A stretch of DNA of 64,000 nt from Herbaspirillum sp. (GTDB lineage Bacteria > Pseudomonadota > Gammaproteobacteria > Burkholderiales > Burkholderiaceae_D). Below the pieces are notes generated by a model that saw only the letters and a list, made by a program, of their open reading frames with translations, was not told the DNA's origin and did not search any database. Both the position numbers and the translations under genes were made by a program. The DNA lies in contig NZ_JAGIBI010000012.1 in the NCBI RefSeq assembly GCF_017744395.1, positions 7,766 to 71,765 on the forward strand. Reading direction: 5' to 3'. Positions 8,399 to 18,378 of the stretch are shown here, piece by piece. Each line of letters opens with the position of its first letter. Positions within the stretch are counted from its first letter, which is position 1.

Positions 8399-8842
8399 TC
8401 AGGCTCGGTGATTGTTTTCCCCAAGCGGGGATTGTAAGGCAGATTGCGCAGCAGCAGCGTCTTGCATCGCATCGACGAACAAATGCACCGCGTGCACCAG
8501 CGTATCGCGCGTGCGCACCAGGCAATAGCGCCAGGCGGCGGGATCGGGGAACCACAGCTCGATCAGGAAACTGACCTGGTTCTCGTTCATCACTCCCTTG
8601 ACCAATTTGAGCCGGCAGTTGATGTCGTTGAGCGCGATCAGCGCCTGCTGCGCTTGCGCCGGCGAAACCACCTGCCAGACGTTGGGCAGCAGCAGGCAGC
8701 CGAACTGGGCGTCGCCGGCATCCAGGCACAGCACATAGGAGAGGCCGTTGTGGGTAAAGACGATATCGTCGTCGCCATCCAGGGTCGCAGAAATGCCATC
8801 GGTACGGAATTGCTCCAGCAGAGCGGGAATATGGGGTGTCAT
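8399..8842 (-). CDS. YbjN/CesT-like chaperone-fold protein
   Basis: 147 aa, TLDGDDDIVF...ALNDINCRLKLVK pattern; first gene of the sigma operon. Confidence 0.65.
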   Translation of the reverse strand: MTPHIPALLEQFRTDGISATLDGDDDIVFTHNGLSYVLCLDAGDAQFGCLLLPNVWQVVSPAQAQQALIALNDINCRLKLVKGVMNENQVSFLIELWFPDPAAWRYCLVRTRDTLVHAVHLFVDAMQDAAAAQSALQSPLGENNHRA

Positions 8843-8895
8843 CGGAAACCTGTCGCGTTGGTGCGGCTGCCGCACCATGCGGCAGCTCACCATTG

Positions 8896-8925
8896 CCTAT
8901 TCGAAGCGAACAGCGATTTCCGGAC
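8896..8925 (-). promoter_or_regulatory. putative ECF promoter C (autoregulatory): GTCCGG...CGAATAGG
   Basis: TCCG-N17-CGAATAGG as in A and B; shares CCTATTCGAAGCGA (plus strand) with B. Confidence 0.62.
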
Positions 8926-8933
8926 CGCTAAAT

Positions 8934-10013
8934 TCAATATTTCGTATCGCCCGCCGAAAAAAACGGTCCCGACGGCCGATTTCCCCATTCCAGTTCCGAT
9001 TCCGCCACGCCCGGCACGCCCTGCCTGATCGCCGTCGAATAGTCATCCCCCGCCCGCACCGCCAGGGCGCGCTGCGTGATGCGGCCGGCGGCCTTGAGTT
9101 GCTCGAAGGAATAACCCGGCACCAGGCCGCCGTGGTCGTAGGCATATCCGGCGAAATATCCCGACAGCAGCAGCCGGTAGTCCAGCGGCAGCAGCGGCGA
9201 CAGCCGGCGCGCCAGCCCGAACACGATGGTGGTGCAATTGCTGGTGAGCGTGTTGTAGAAACGGGGAGCGGCCTGCAGCTGGGCGGCCCGCTCCAGGTAG
9301 CCGAGGAACACCTTGCGCAACTGTTCGGGACGCAGCCGCAGCCGGTACAAATAGACGTCTTCGCCACGCGCATTGGTGCGGGTGCGCAGGATGTCGTTCT
9401 CGTCGGCCGCCACGATGACCGTCTCGAAGCGGCGGAAGAAACCGCCGATGGCGGAAAAGTTCTCGCCTTTCTCGCGCCGGATTTCCAGCGAGAACACCAG
9501 GCGCCGGCCGTCGTCGAAGCCGAACGAGACCAGCGTATGCGCGATCGCCGGCCCCATCCAGTAAGACAGGACCAGGTCGGCCGAGGCCAGGCGCGCCAGG
9601 TCGTAACGGCGCGTTTCCCACCGCGCGTCGTAATCGGTCTCGCTGCGCCAGGCGAAGTTGCGCACATTGGCCAGCGTCACCTGGCCGCCCTGCACCTGCG
9701 CCTCCAGCAGGCGCGCGACATCGTCGGCCCATACCCGCCCATGCGACGGCCGGATGGTATGCCACCACGCCAGCAGCGCCACGGCAGCCGACAGGAACGC
9801 CGCCAGCCACCAGAACCCGCCGGCGCCGGCCATCCCCGCCAGCGCAACCGATGCCGCCAGCGCCAGCGACGACCAGGCGGCTATCGCCGCATTGCGCGCC
9901 CACGGCGGCGCCGGTAACTGGAACCACAGCGCGCACGCGCCCCAGGCGGCCAGGCCGGCCAGCGGCAGCAGCAACGGCCAGCGCAGCCACAATAAGGAAG
10001 TCAGAACCGCCAT
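8934..10013 (-). CDS. DUF4105 / Lnb N-terminal-like membrane protein
   Basis: N-terminal TMs, NVRNFAWR, AIAHTLVSFGF, FYNTLTSNCTT. Confidence 0.8.
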   Translation of the reverse strand: MAVLTSLLWLRWPLLLPLAGLAAWGACALWFQLPAPPWARNAAIAAWSSLALAASVALAGMAGAGGFWWLAAFLSAAVALLAWWHTIRPSHGRVWADDVARLLEAQVQGGQVTLANVRNFAWRSETDYDARWETRRYDLARLASADLVLSYWMGPAIAHTLVSFGFDDGRRLVFSLEIRREKGENFSAIGGFFRRFETVIVAADENDILRTRTNARGEDVYLYRLRLRPEQLRKVFLGYLERAAQLQAAPRFYNTLTSNCTTIVFGLARRLSPLLPLDYRLLLSGYFAGYAYDHGGLVPGYSFEQLKAAGRITQRALAVRAGDDYSTAIRQGVPGVAESELEWGNRPSGPFFSAGDTKY

Positions 10014-10270
10014 CTGGAAATCACGCCGCAAAGAAAGGAAAGGCGCGCCGGATTCCCGAGTTTCCGGCGCCAAGCGGCATTGTAGCCGCCTGGCTCATCC
10101 GTGTTGCGGCGGATATATCCATGGCAGGGATCGCCCGGGGCCGGCAACGTCTCCGGGCTGTTTTGCATCGGCCATCCGGAATAACGATATGACAAATCAT
10201 TCCTTGGCCGGCTTGGGCGTTCGCGCTAGCGTCTCGGAACATTCTTCCCAACAACGATGAGCGAGACACC

Positions 10271-11560
10271 ATGGCTGATACTCCCGATTGGAAATTCGAA
10301 ACCCTCTCCGTCCACGCCGGCTACGCGCCCGATCCGACCACGCGCGCGGTGGCGGTGCCGATCTACCAGACCGTGGCGTTCGCCTTCGACGATACCCAGC
10401 ATGGCGCCGACCTGTTCGACCTGAAGGTGCAAGGCAATATCTATTCGCGCATCATGAACCCGACCCAGGACGTGCTGGAGAAGCGCCTGGCGGCGCTGGA
10501 AGGCGGCATCGCGGCGCTGGCCGTGGCCTCGGGCCAGGCGGCGGTGACCTATGCGATCCAGACCATCGCCGAGGCCGGCGACAATATCGTCTCCGCCTCT
10601 ACGCTGTACGGCGGCACCTACAACCTGTTCGCCCACACCCTGCCGCAATTCGGCATCCAGACCCGCTTCGCCGATCCGCGCCGGCCGGAGTCGTTCGCGC
10701 CTCTGATCGATGCGCGCACCAAGGCCGTGTATGTCGAATCGATCGGCAACCCGCTGGGCAACATCACCGACATCGCCGCCGTGGCCGAGATCGCACACCG
10801 CCACGGCGTACCGCTGATCGTCGACAACACGGTGGCCACGCCCTACCTGCTGCGGCCGTTCGAACACGGCGCCGACATCGTGGTGCATTCGCTGACAAAA
10901 TATCTCGGCGGCCACGGCACCACGCTGGGCGGCGCCATCGTCGACTCCGGCAAGTTCCCCTGGGCCAGGCACAAGGAACGCTTCAAGCGCCTCAACGAAC
11001 CGGACGTGAGCTACCATGGCGTGGTCTATACCGAAGCGCTGGGCGAGGCCGCCTATATCGGCCGCGCACGCGTCGTGCCGCTGCGCAATACCGGCGCCGC
11101 CCTGTCGCCCTTCAACAGCTTCCAGATCCTGCAAGGCATCGAAACGCTGGCGCTGCGCCTGGACCGCATCACCGCCAACACGCTGGCGGTGGCGCAATAC
11201 CTCAAACGCCACCCCAAGGTGCGCTGGGTCAACTACGCCGGCCTGGAAGACCACCCCGACCATGCGCTGGCGCGCAAGTATTTCAACGGCCGTGCTTCCG
11301 GCCTGCTGACCTTCGGCGTAGGCAACGGCCGCGAAGGCGGCGCGCGCTTCCAGGATGCGCTGAAGCTGTTCACCCGCCTGGTCAACATCGGCGACGCCAA
11401 GTCGCTGGCCACCCATCCGGCCTCGACCACGCACCGGCAACTGTCGCCGGCCGAACTGGAAAAGGCCGGTGTGACGGAAGACACGGTGAGATTGTCGATT
11501 GGCATCGAACATATCGACGACTTGCTGGCCGATCTGGAACAAGCGCTGGCATCAACCTGA
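10271..11560 (+). CDS. metY: O-acetylhomoserine/serine sulfhydrylase
   Basis: [18 protein letters not shown] lysine in [19 protein letters not shown]. Confidence 0.92.
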   Translation: MADTPDWKFETLSVHAGYAPDPTTRAVAVPIYQTVAFAFDDTQHGADLFDLKVQGNIYSRIMNPTQDVLEKRLAALEGGIAALAVASGQAAVTYAIQTIAEAGDNIVSASTLYGGTYNLFAHTLPQFGIQTRFADPRRPESFAPLIDARTKAVYVESIGNPLGNITDIAAVAEIAHRHGVPLIVDNTVATPYLLRPFEHGADIVVHSLTKYLGGHGTTLGGAIVDSGKFPWARHKERFKRLNEPDVSYHGVVYTEALGEAAYIGRARVVPLRNTGAALSPFNSFQILQGIETLALRLDRITANTLAVAQYLKRHPKVRWVNYAGLEDHPDHALARKYFNGRASGLLTFGVGNGREGGARFQDALKLFTRLVNIGDAKSLATHPASTTHRQLSPAELEKAGVTEDTVRLSIGIEHIDDLLADLEQALAST

Positions 11561-11598
11561 GTCCATTGCCGCCTCCCCGGCTTCTCGCCCAAGCCATG

Positions 11599-11635
11599 AA
11601 AAAATGCAGGGATCGCTCCCTGCATTTTTCATTTT
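11599..11635 (+). terminator. intrinsic terminator after metY
   Basis: AAAAATGCAGGGA/TCCCTGCATTTTT hairpin. Confidence 0.7.
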
Positions 11636-11782
11636 CCCGCGCAGATAGAAGTGATTGTTTCAGGCATGCAGGTTTCCCTCACATGGCTGACGCGCGCTGC
11701 ACATATGTTTATGCGGATATATTCGTGGCCGACGCCAGGCACGCGGCACAAAATCCCCGGATCGCCACCCTGAGGAAACGCC

Positions 11783-12127
11783 ATGAGCCGCGACCTGTTG
11801 CTGTTGCTTGAGCAAGATTTCACCGATCCCGCCCATCCGGGCGAACGCTTCGCCTGCCCCGATGGCCTTCCTATCGAAGGCTTGCTGGCGGGCGACCCGC
11901 AGCGCGCGAAAAACCTGGACATCAAGCGCCTGCCCTTCCCGAAACCGCGGGCCGAAGTCGTCGCCGCGCTCGATGCCGAACACCAGAGCCTGCCGGTGCT
12001 GATCCTTGGCGATCAGCTGCCGGCGCCGGACGACGCACACAGCCTGGACGGCAAACGCTTCGTCACCGATACGCGCCGCATCCTCGAGCTGCTGGCGCAG
12101 CGCCACGGCTTCGCGCGCGTGCATTGA
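11783..12127 (+). CDS. DUF3088 family protein
   Basis: FTDPAHPGERFACPDG...IEGLL, FPKPRAEVV, QSLPVLIL. Confidence 0.75.
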   Translation: MSRDLLLLLEQDFTDPAHPGERFACPDGLPIEGLLAGDPQRAKNLDIKRLPFPKPRAEVVAALDAEHQSLPVLILGDQLPAPDDAHSLDGKRFVTDTRRILELLAQRHGFARVH

Positions 12128-12146
12128 CGCGGCAGCAAGGCCACCG

Positions 12147-13472
12147 ATGAGCGCTCCGCCCCGCCAGTTACACCTGAACGTCAACATCCTGCATTCCGGG
12201 TTCATCCCTTCGGCATGGCGCCTGCCCGATGCCGACCCGCTGGCCTTCACCGATGCGGCCCATTATGTGAAGGTGGCGCAGATCGCCGAGGCCGCCAAGT
12301 TCGATGCCGTGTTCCTGGCCGACAACGCCGCCATCGTCGAACAGATCGACTTTCGCCCGATCACCGCGCTGGAGCCCACCGTATTGCTGGCTACCGTGGC
12401 CGCCGCCACCACCCGCATCGGCGTGATCGGCACCGCCTCCACCAGCTACAACGAGCCCTACAACATCGCGCGCCGCTTCGCCACGCTGGACCATGTCAGC
12501 GGCGGCCGCGCCGGCTGGAATATCGTCACCACCGCCGATGCCGCCTCGGCGCGCAACTTCGGCCTCGATGCCACGCCCGACCATGCCGGCCGCTACGCGC
12601 GCGCCGACGAATTCACCGGGGTGGTCAAGGCGCTGTGGAACAGTTGGGACGCCGATGCCGTCATCGGCGACAAACAAAGCGGCCGCTTCATCGATGAAGC
12701 CAAGGTCAACCCCATCGCCCACCGTGGCCGGCACTTCAGCGTGCAAGGCCCGCTCAACCTGCCGCGCACGCCGCAGGGCCAGCCGGTGCTGGTGCAGGCC
12801 GGCGGCTCCGGCGATGGCCGCGAGCTGGCGGCGCGCCACGCCGAAGCCGTCTTCTCGGCCGCGCACACCCTGGAAGAATCGCTGGCATACAGCCGCGCCG
12901 TCAACGAACGCGCCGCCGCGCTGGGACGAGGCCCGCGCGCGGTCAAGATCCTGCCCGGCCTGGCCACCATCATCGGCGCCACCGAAGCCGAGGCCCTGCG
13001 CCGGCGCGACGAACTGATCGACATGATCCCCTGGAGCTACAGCCTCAAACGCCTGGCCGGCATCCTCGGCCTCCCGGTCGAACGCCTGCACCTCGACCAG
13101 GCGCTGCCCACCGATCTGGCCTTGCCCGCGGGCGGCAACGGCAACCACACCTTCTTCCACGCCACGCTATCGCTGGTGCAAGGCCGGCAGCACACGGTAC
13201 GCGACCTGATCCGCGCGCTATGCGGCGGCGGCGGACACCGCGTGCTGGTCGGCACGCCGGAACAGGTGGCCGATGAGATCGAAGCGTGGTTCAAGGCCGG
13301 AGCGGCCGACGGCTTCAACCTGATGCCGGACGCCTTGCCCAGCGGCCTGCAGGATTTCGTCGATGGCGTGGTGCCGATCCTGCAGCAGCGTGGATTGTTC
13401 CGCCGCGAATATGCGGGGCGGACATTGCGGGAGCATTTCGGGTTGGCGCGCCCGGCCGCACTACACTCATGA
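12147..13472 (+). CDS. NtaA/SnaA/DszA-family flavin-dependent monooxygenase
   Basis: AEAAKFDAVFLAD, LDHVSGGRAGWNIVT, QAGGSGDGRELAA, ADGFNL. Confidence 0.9.
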   Translation: MSAPPRQLHLNVNILHSGFIPSAWRLPDADPLAFTDAAHYVKVAQIAEAAKFDAVFLADNAAIVEQIDFRPITALEPTVLLATVAAATTRIGVIGTASTSYNEPYNIARRFATLDHVSGGRAGWNIVTTADAASARNFGLDATPDHAGRYARADEFTGVVKALWNSWDADAVIGDKQSGRFIDEAKVNPIAHRGRHFSVQGPLNLPRTPQGQPVLVQAGGSGDGRELAARHAEAVFSAAHTLEESLAYSRAVNERAAALGRGPRAVKILPGLATIIGATEAEALRRRDELIDMIPWSYSLKRLAGILGLPVERLHLDQALPTDLALPAGGNGNHTFFHATLSLVQGRQHTVRDLIRALCGGGGHRVLVGTPEQVADEIEAWFKAGAADGFNLMPDALPSGLQDFVDGVVPILQQRGLFRREYAGRTLREHFGLARPAALHS

Positions 13473-13484
13473 CCGGGCTACGCC

Positions 13485-14303
13485 TTAATTGCGCTTATCG
13501 GCGGCAAAGTAATCCGGCAAGGTAAACCCATCGTAAAAGCGATTTCCACGGATCGCCTTCTGGAAGCTCTCCGAACGGTAGGCCTGCGCCAGATCCCGCG
13601 CATAGGTTTCGGCCTGGCGCGTCTTCTTCACCGCCACCACATTGATGTAAGGCGACGTCATCTCTTCCAGGGCGAAAGCCTCGGACAACTTCAGCTTGGC
13701 GAAGATCGCGAAGTTGCCCTGCACCGCGGCGAAGTCGGCATCGTCCAGCGCCCGCGGCCCCTGCGCATTTTCCAGCGGCACCAGCTTCAGGCCGACCTTG
13801 TTTTCCACCACATCGAGTTCGGTCACATCGACCGGCTTGTTCTCGCGGATGCGTATCCAGCCCAGCCGCTGCAAGATCCGCAAGGCGCGCTGCAAATTGA
13901 CCGGGTCATTCGGGACGGCCACCGTAAAGCCTTTCTTGAGGTTCTTCAGATCCTTGTGTTTCTTGGAGTACAAGCCCATCGGCGGGGTGGGCACCTGGAC
14001 GATGCCCACCAGGTCGGTCTTGTTGCGTTCGTTGTAGGAATCGAGAAAGACCGTGTGCTGCATCACGTTGGCGTCGATATCGCCCTTGAAGACGGCGCTG
14101 TTGGCTTCCAGCCCGGTGGTGAATTCGTAGAACCGGATCTTGTAGCCCTTTTTCTCCAGCTCGGGCTGCACGCCCAGCTTGAATTCGTCGATGTAGGGGC
14201 CGGGGACGAAGCCGATCTTCAGTTCGCGCTCCTGGGGCGCGGCATGGGCGATGCCGATAACGGCGGCAGACAACAGCAGCGAGGAGAAAAGTCGTTTCAG
14301 CAT
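13485..14303 (-). CDS. MetQ/NlpA-family ABC substrate-binding protein
   Basis: DIDANVMQH, VAVPNDPVNLQRAL, YINVVAV. Confidence 0.88.
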   Translation of the reverse strand: MLKRLFSSLLLSAAVIGIAHAAPQERELKIGFVPGPYIDEFKLGVQPELEKKGYKIRFYEFTTGLEANSAVFKGDIDANVMQHTVFLDSYNERNKTDLVGIVQVPTPPMGLYSKKHKDLKNLKKGFTVAVPNDPVNLQRALRILQRLGWIRIRENKPVDVTELDVVENKVGLKLVPLENAQGPRALDDADFAAVQGNFAIFAKLKLSEAFALEEMTSPYINVVAVKKTRQAETYARDLAQAYRSESFQKAIRGNRFYDGFTLPDYFAADKRN

Positions 14304-14365
14304 GGACAATATCGCTTCAGTTGAACGAAGCAATACGCATGAGGATAGTTGCCGAATGAGCGGGA

Positions 14366-15571
14366 TCAGGCGTAGCCGTTGCCGAAGCGCTCATCATGCG
14401 GCAAGCCGTTGAGATGGTAATTGCCGATGGCGGCTTCGCGCTGGATCGCCGGGTTGTGCGAAGCCAGCGTGCGGGCGTTGCGCCAGTGGCGATCCAGCCG
14501 CAGGGTTTCGCTGGTAGCGGAGGCGCCGCCGACTTCGAACAGCAAGGTGGTGGCTTCCAGCACCTGACCGAGGACGATCTGCTGCGTTTCGAAGGTCCTG
14601 ATGTCGAGCGCGTCGTAATCCTCGGTAGTGACCGTTCCGGCGCGTCGCGCGGCATGCAGCGCATCCTGCTCGCGCGCCACGGCCAGCGTCAGCTGCTCGG
14701 CCGACCACGCCAGGCTGGCCAGGCGGCCGACCACGCGATGCACCAGCGGATTCTCGCGCGGGCTGGAATTGCCCGGCACGCCGAAGGTGCGCGTGCGCGG
14801 TCGGGTGAAGACCACCGCATCGCGCAGCGCGGCGCGCGCGATGCCCGCCAGCGCGGCTAGGTGGAAGGTCTGGTAGAACGAGGTGAGGATGGAGTTGCGG
14901 CGCGGCTGCGACGAATGGTAGCGGTCGAGCACCTGCTTGTCGTCGACCAGCACGTTATCGAAGCGCGTGGTGCCGCTGCCGGTCAGGCGTTGCCCGAAGC
15001 CGTCCCAGTCGTCGACGCGTTCGACGCCCGGCGCATCGGCCGGCACCAGCACGATGAAATCGGACACGTCGTCATGCGCGCGCACCAGTATCCAATCGGC
15101 ATACAAGGTACCGGTGGAATAATACTTCTCGCCGTTCAGGCGCAGATGGCCGTTGCCGTCCCTTTCCAGCAGCACGGAATTGCCGGTGGCGGCATTGCGC
15201 TCCGATGTGGCCGCGCCGAAAGTCTTGCCGCTGCCGATCAGCTCCAGCCAGCGGCGGGTATCGGCGTCGTCCTTGCGTTCAAGCAGCATCTCGGTGAAGC
15301 CGGCGTTCACGCGCAGGATCTGCGGCAGGTTGGATTCGGCCTCGCCCAGGCGGATCAGCAGGTAGAAATAATCCTCCAGGCTCACGCCCGCGCCGCCGTG
15401 CGCGAGCGGCACGCGCAGGGAAGAAAAGCCGGCTTCCTTCAACTGGCGCACCTCCTCGAACGGCAGGCGGCGTTCCGCCTCGCGGGCGATGGCGTCTTTT
15501 CCGATCAGTTCGAACAGGTCGGAAAAGCGTTGGTGCAGCGCGTGGGCGGATGCGTTGGCGGTTGTGCTCAT
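14366..15571 (-). CDS. DszC/SfnB-like acyl-CoA-dehydrogenase-fold monooxygenase
   Basis: LNGEKYYSTGTLYAD, DDWDGFGQRLTGSGTTRF, LDRHWRNARTLASHNP. Confidence 0.88.
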   Translation of the reverse strand: MSTTANASAHALHQRFSDLFELIGKDAIAREAERRLPFEEVRQLKEAGFSSLRVPLAHGGAGVSLEDYFYLLIRLGEAESNLPQILRVNAGFTEMLLERKDDADTRRWLELIGSGKTFGAATSERNAATGNSVLLERDGNGHLRLNGEKYYSTGTLYADWILVRAHDDVSDFIVLVPADAPGVERVDDWDGFGQRLTGSGTTRFDNVLVDDKQVLDRYHSSQPRRNSILTSFYQTFHLAALAGIARAALRDAVVFTRPRTRTFGVPGNSSPRENPLVHRVVGRLASLAWSAEQLTLAVAREQDALHAARRAGTVTTEDYDALDIRTFETQQIVLGQVLEATTLLFEVGGASATSETLRLDRHWRNARTLASHNPAIQREAAIGNYHLNGLPHDERFGNGYA

Positions 15572-15664
15572 GATGTCCTCGGGATGGTGAATCCCAGGAA
15601 TTATCTGGCAGCACAGCCCCCCGGCTGAAGGAAGGAAAACGGATATCGATATGCAGCCGCACAA

Positions 15665-16567
15665 TCAGCCACGTTGCCCTTCCAGCAGCAGCAACGCCAG
15701 CCGCGGCAGCACCGACTCGGCCGATGCCGCAAGCTTCAAGGCAAGCAGCGGATCGGCACGCGTCAGGCCGCGATTGATGGCCGCGAGCGACTTGCCCGCT
15801 TGCGCCGCCATGCGGGCGAAACGGAATCCCGACAGCACCATCAGCGACGATCCCACCACCAGCATGGCATCGCAGGCATGCACGGCCTGTTCCGCTTCGG
15901 CGCTGCGCGCGGCGGGAACGCCGTCGCCGAAGAACACCACATCCGGCTGCAGCATGCCGCCGCAGCGGCCGCACGGCGGCACATGGAAATCGGCATCGGC
16001 GTCCGGTTCCAGTTGGGCGTCGCCATCGGGCAAGGCAGCGGCCTCGGCGTGCGCCAGCGCCGGGTTGAGCCGCTCCAGTTCCTCTTGTACCTGCGCCCGC
16101 TCATGCATCGTGCCGCAAGACAGGCAACGCACCGCGTGAATGCTGCCATGCAGTTCGATCACCCGGCGACTGCCGGCTTGCTGGTGCAGGCCGTCGACGT
16201 TCTGGGTGAGCACGCCAGCCACACGCCCGGCCGCCTCCAGTTGCGCGATGGCCAGGTGCGCGGCATTGGGCCGCGCCTGCGCCAGGCGCGGCCACCCCAG
16301 CATGCTGCGCGCCCAGTAGCGCTTGCGCGCCGCCTCCGAGGCGCGGAATTCGGCGCCCTGGATCGGCAGGCGGCCGCGGCGCACGCCGTCTTCGTCGCGA
16401 TAATCGGGAATGCCGGAAGCGGTGCTGATACCGGCGCCGGTCAGCACCAGCACCTGGCCGCGCGCGAACAACAGATGCGCCAGCGCCGCCAGTTCATCGC
16501 CTGCGGCCGCATCGGCGCTGGAGGCACTCGCCAGCATTAGATCGCTCATGGGAACCTGGACAGTCAT
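15665..16567 (-). CDS. NAD-dependent deacylase, class II (SIRT4-like) sirtuin
   Basis: [33 protein letters not shown]-Cxx[10 protein letters not shown]; start could be 16549. Confidence 0.92.
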   Translation of the reverse strand: MTVQVPMSDLMLASASSADAAAGDELAALAHLLFARGQVLVLTGAGISTASGIPDYRDEDGVRRGRLPIQGAEFRASEAARKRYWARSMLGWPRLAQARPNAAHLAIAQLEAAGRVAGVLTQNVDGLHQQAGSRRVIELHGSIHAVRCLSCGTMHERAQVQEELERLNPALAHAEAAALPDGDAQLEPDADADFHVPPCGRCGGMLQPDVVFFGDGVPAARSAEAEQAVHACDAMLVVGSSLMVLSGFRFARMAAQAGKSLAAINRGLTRADPLLALKLAASAESVLPRLALLLLEGQRG

Positions 16568-16657
16568 GGGAACAGCATGCAGCGTAAGGCATTTTTACCG
16601 GACGTGCCGGCGCTGCTATAGAATCGTCAGTCTTTTCCTGCATCGAAGACGATTCCC

Positions 16658-17293
16658 ATGGATGCCCTCTTCTTCATCCCCGTTGCCATCATGCTGGCCC
16701 TGGTTCCCGGCCCGAACAACTTTTGTGCACTTAACAACGGTATCCGGCGCGGCATCGCCGCCGCCTTGCTGGCGACCTTCGGCCGCGTGGCAGCGTTCGC
16801 CATTTTCCTGACGATTTCAGCGATCGGGCTGGGCGCCATGCTGCTGGCGTCGGAAACGGCGTTTACGGCGGTCAAGTGGGTCGGCGCGCTCTATCTGTTC
16901 TATCTCGGCTGGCGCGCCTGGCGCAGCCGCGAATTCCAGGGGCTGGAACTGGCCGACGGCACGGCGCCGACTGCTGGCCGCCCATCCCAAAAAGGCATTC
17001 GGGCGCTGGTCATGCAGGAATTCCTGCTCGGCATCACCAACCCCAAAGCCATCATGCTGTTCGCCGCGATCTTCCCGCAATTCATCGACCAGTCGCGGCC
17101 GGCTCCGCATCAATTCCTGGTGCTGGGGTCGATCTACCTGGGCGCCGAGTTCGTCTCCAGCACGGTCTACTCCGCCTGCGGCAAGCAGATCCGCCACTTC
17201 ATCCGCACCTCGCGCGGCGTGGCGCGCCTGAACAAGGCGACCGGCGGCTTCTTCATCGGCGCCGGCGCATTGCTGCTGGCGGCGCGCCAATAA
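16658..17293 (+). CDS. LysE/RhtB family exporter
   Basis: PGPNN motif, KWVGALYLFYLG, TNPKA. Confidence 0.9.
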   Translation: MDALFFIPVAIMLALVPGPNNFCALNNGIRRGIAAALLATFGRVAAFAIFLTISAIGLGAMLLASETAFTAVKWVGALYLFYLGWRAWRSREFQGLELADGTAPTAGRPSQKGIRALVMQEFLLGITNPKAIMLFAAIFPQFIDQSRPAPHQFLVLGSIYLGAEFVSSTVYSACGKQIRHFIRTSRGVARLNKATGGFFIGAGALLLAARQ

Positions 17294-17302
17294 GCCTTTC
17301 TC

Positions 17303-18334
17303 TCAGGTCCCGGCGACGCGCACCACCAGCTTGCCGAAATTGCGGCCCTGCTGCAGGCCGATGAATGCCGTGGGGGCGTTTTCCAGCCCGTCGACGATAT
17401 CTTCGCGCAGCTTCACTTGGCCAGCGGCATGCCATGCCAGCATGTCCCGGCGGAAGGCATCGAAGCGCGTGGCGTAATGGTCGAGGATGATCAGGCCCTG
17501 CATGCGGATGCGCTTGGCCAGCAGCGTCGCCATCCATCCCGGCAGGCGATCCGGGCCGCTTGCCGTTTTGTCGTTGTAGTGTGAGATGAAGCCGCATACC
17601 GGCACGCGCGCATTGAGGTTGAGCAGCGGCTGCACGGCATCGAACACCGCGCCGCCGATGCTCTCGAAATACACGTCGATGCCATCGTGGCAGGCAGCCG
17701 CGAGGCGCTGCGCGAACTGCGGGTCGCGATGGTCCACGCAGGCGTCGAAACCGAGTTCCTCCACGGCGTAGCGGCATTTGTCGGGGCCGCCGGCGATGCC
17801 CACCACGCGCGCTCCCTTGAGTTTCGCAATCTGCCCGGCCACCGCCCCGACCGCGCCTGTGGCGGCACCGACCACCACCGTTTCACCCGGTTTCGGCTCG
17901 CCGATATCCAGCATGCCGACATAGGCCGTGAACCCCGGCATGCCGAGCCCGCCCAGCGCCAGCGAAGGCTGCCCGATGTCGCCCAACGGCATGAGGTCGC
18001 TGCCATCGGAAATCCCGTAGTCCTGCCACCCGGCGTAGGCGACCACCAGCTCGCCGGCCTTGAACTGCGGATGGCGCGATTCAACGACCCGGCTGACGGT
18101 GCCGCCGACCATGGTCGCGCCCAGGGACATCGACTCGGCATATCCCGGCCCGGTTTCCTCCATCAGGTTGCGCATGTAAGGATCAAGCGACAGCCATTCC
18201 GTGCGCAACAATACCTGGCCTTCCTGCGGCGCCGGCACCGGCCCCTGCTCCAGGCGAAAATCGGCGGGAACCGGCACGCCATGCGGACGGGCGGCCAGGA
18301 CGATGCGACGGTTGACGGGCTTATCGGATGGCAT
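17303..18334 (-). CDS. NADP-dependent oxidoreductase (CurA/YncB family), copy 1
   Basis: [32 protein letters not shown]. Confidence 0.92.
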   Translation of the reverse strand: MPSDKPVNRRIVLAARPHGVPVPADFRLEQGPVPAPQEGQVLLRTEWLSLDPYMRNLMEETGPGYAESMSLGATMVGGTVSRVVESRHPQFKAGELVVAYAGWQDYGISDGSDLMPLGDIGQPSLALGGLGMPGFTAYVGMLDIGEPKPGETVVVGAATGAVGAVAGQIAKLKGARVVGIAGGPDKCRYAVEELGFDACVDHRDPQFAQRLAAACHDGIDVYFESIGGAVFDAVQPLLNLNARVPVCGFISHYNDKTASGPDRLPGWMATLLAKRIRMQGLIILDHYATRFDAFRRDMLAWHAAGQVKLREDIVDGLENAPTAFIGLQQGRNFGKLVVRVAGT

Positions 18335-18378
18335 GTCGTTAACTCGCTTTCAGGTTGGAAAACATCGCGACAGCGGCT

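Noticed and set aside
10074-10270. Riboswitch upstream of metY
   Set aside because: Only a 6-bp GTCTCG/CGAGAC pairing; no SAM/SAH aptamer core recognised. An Rfam scan would be decisive
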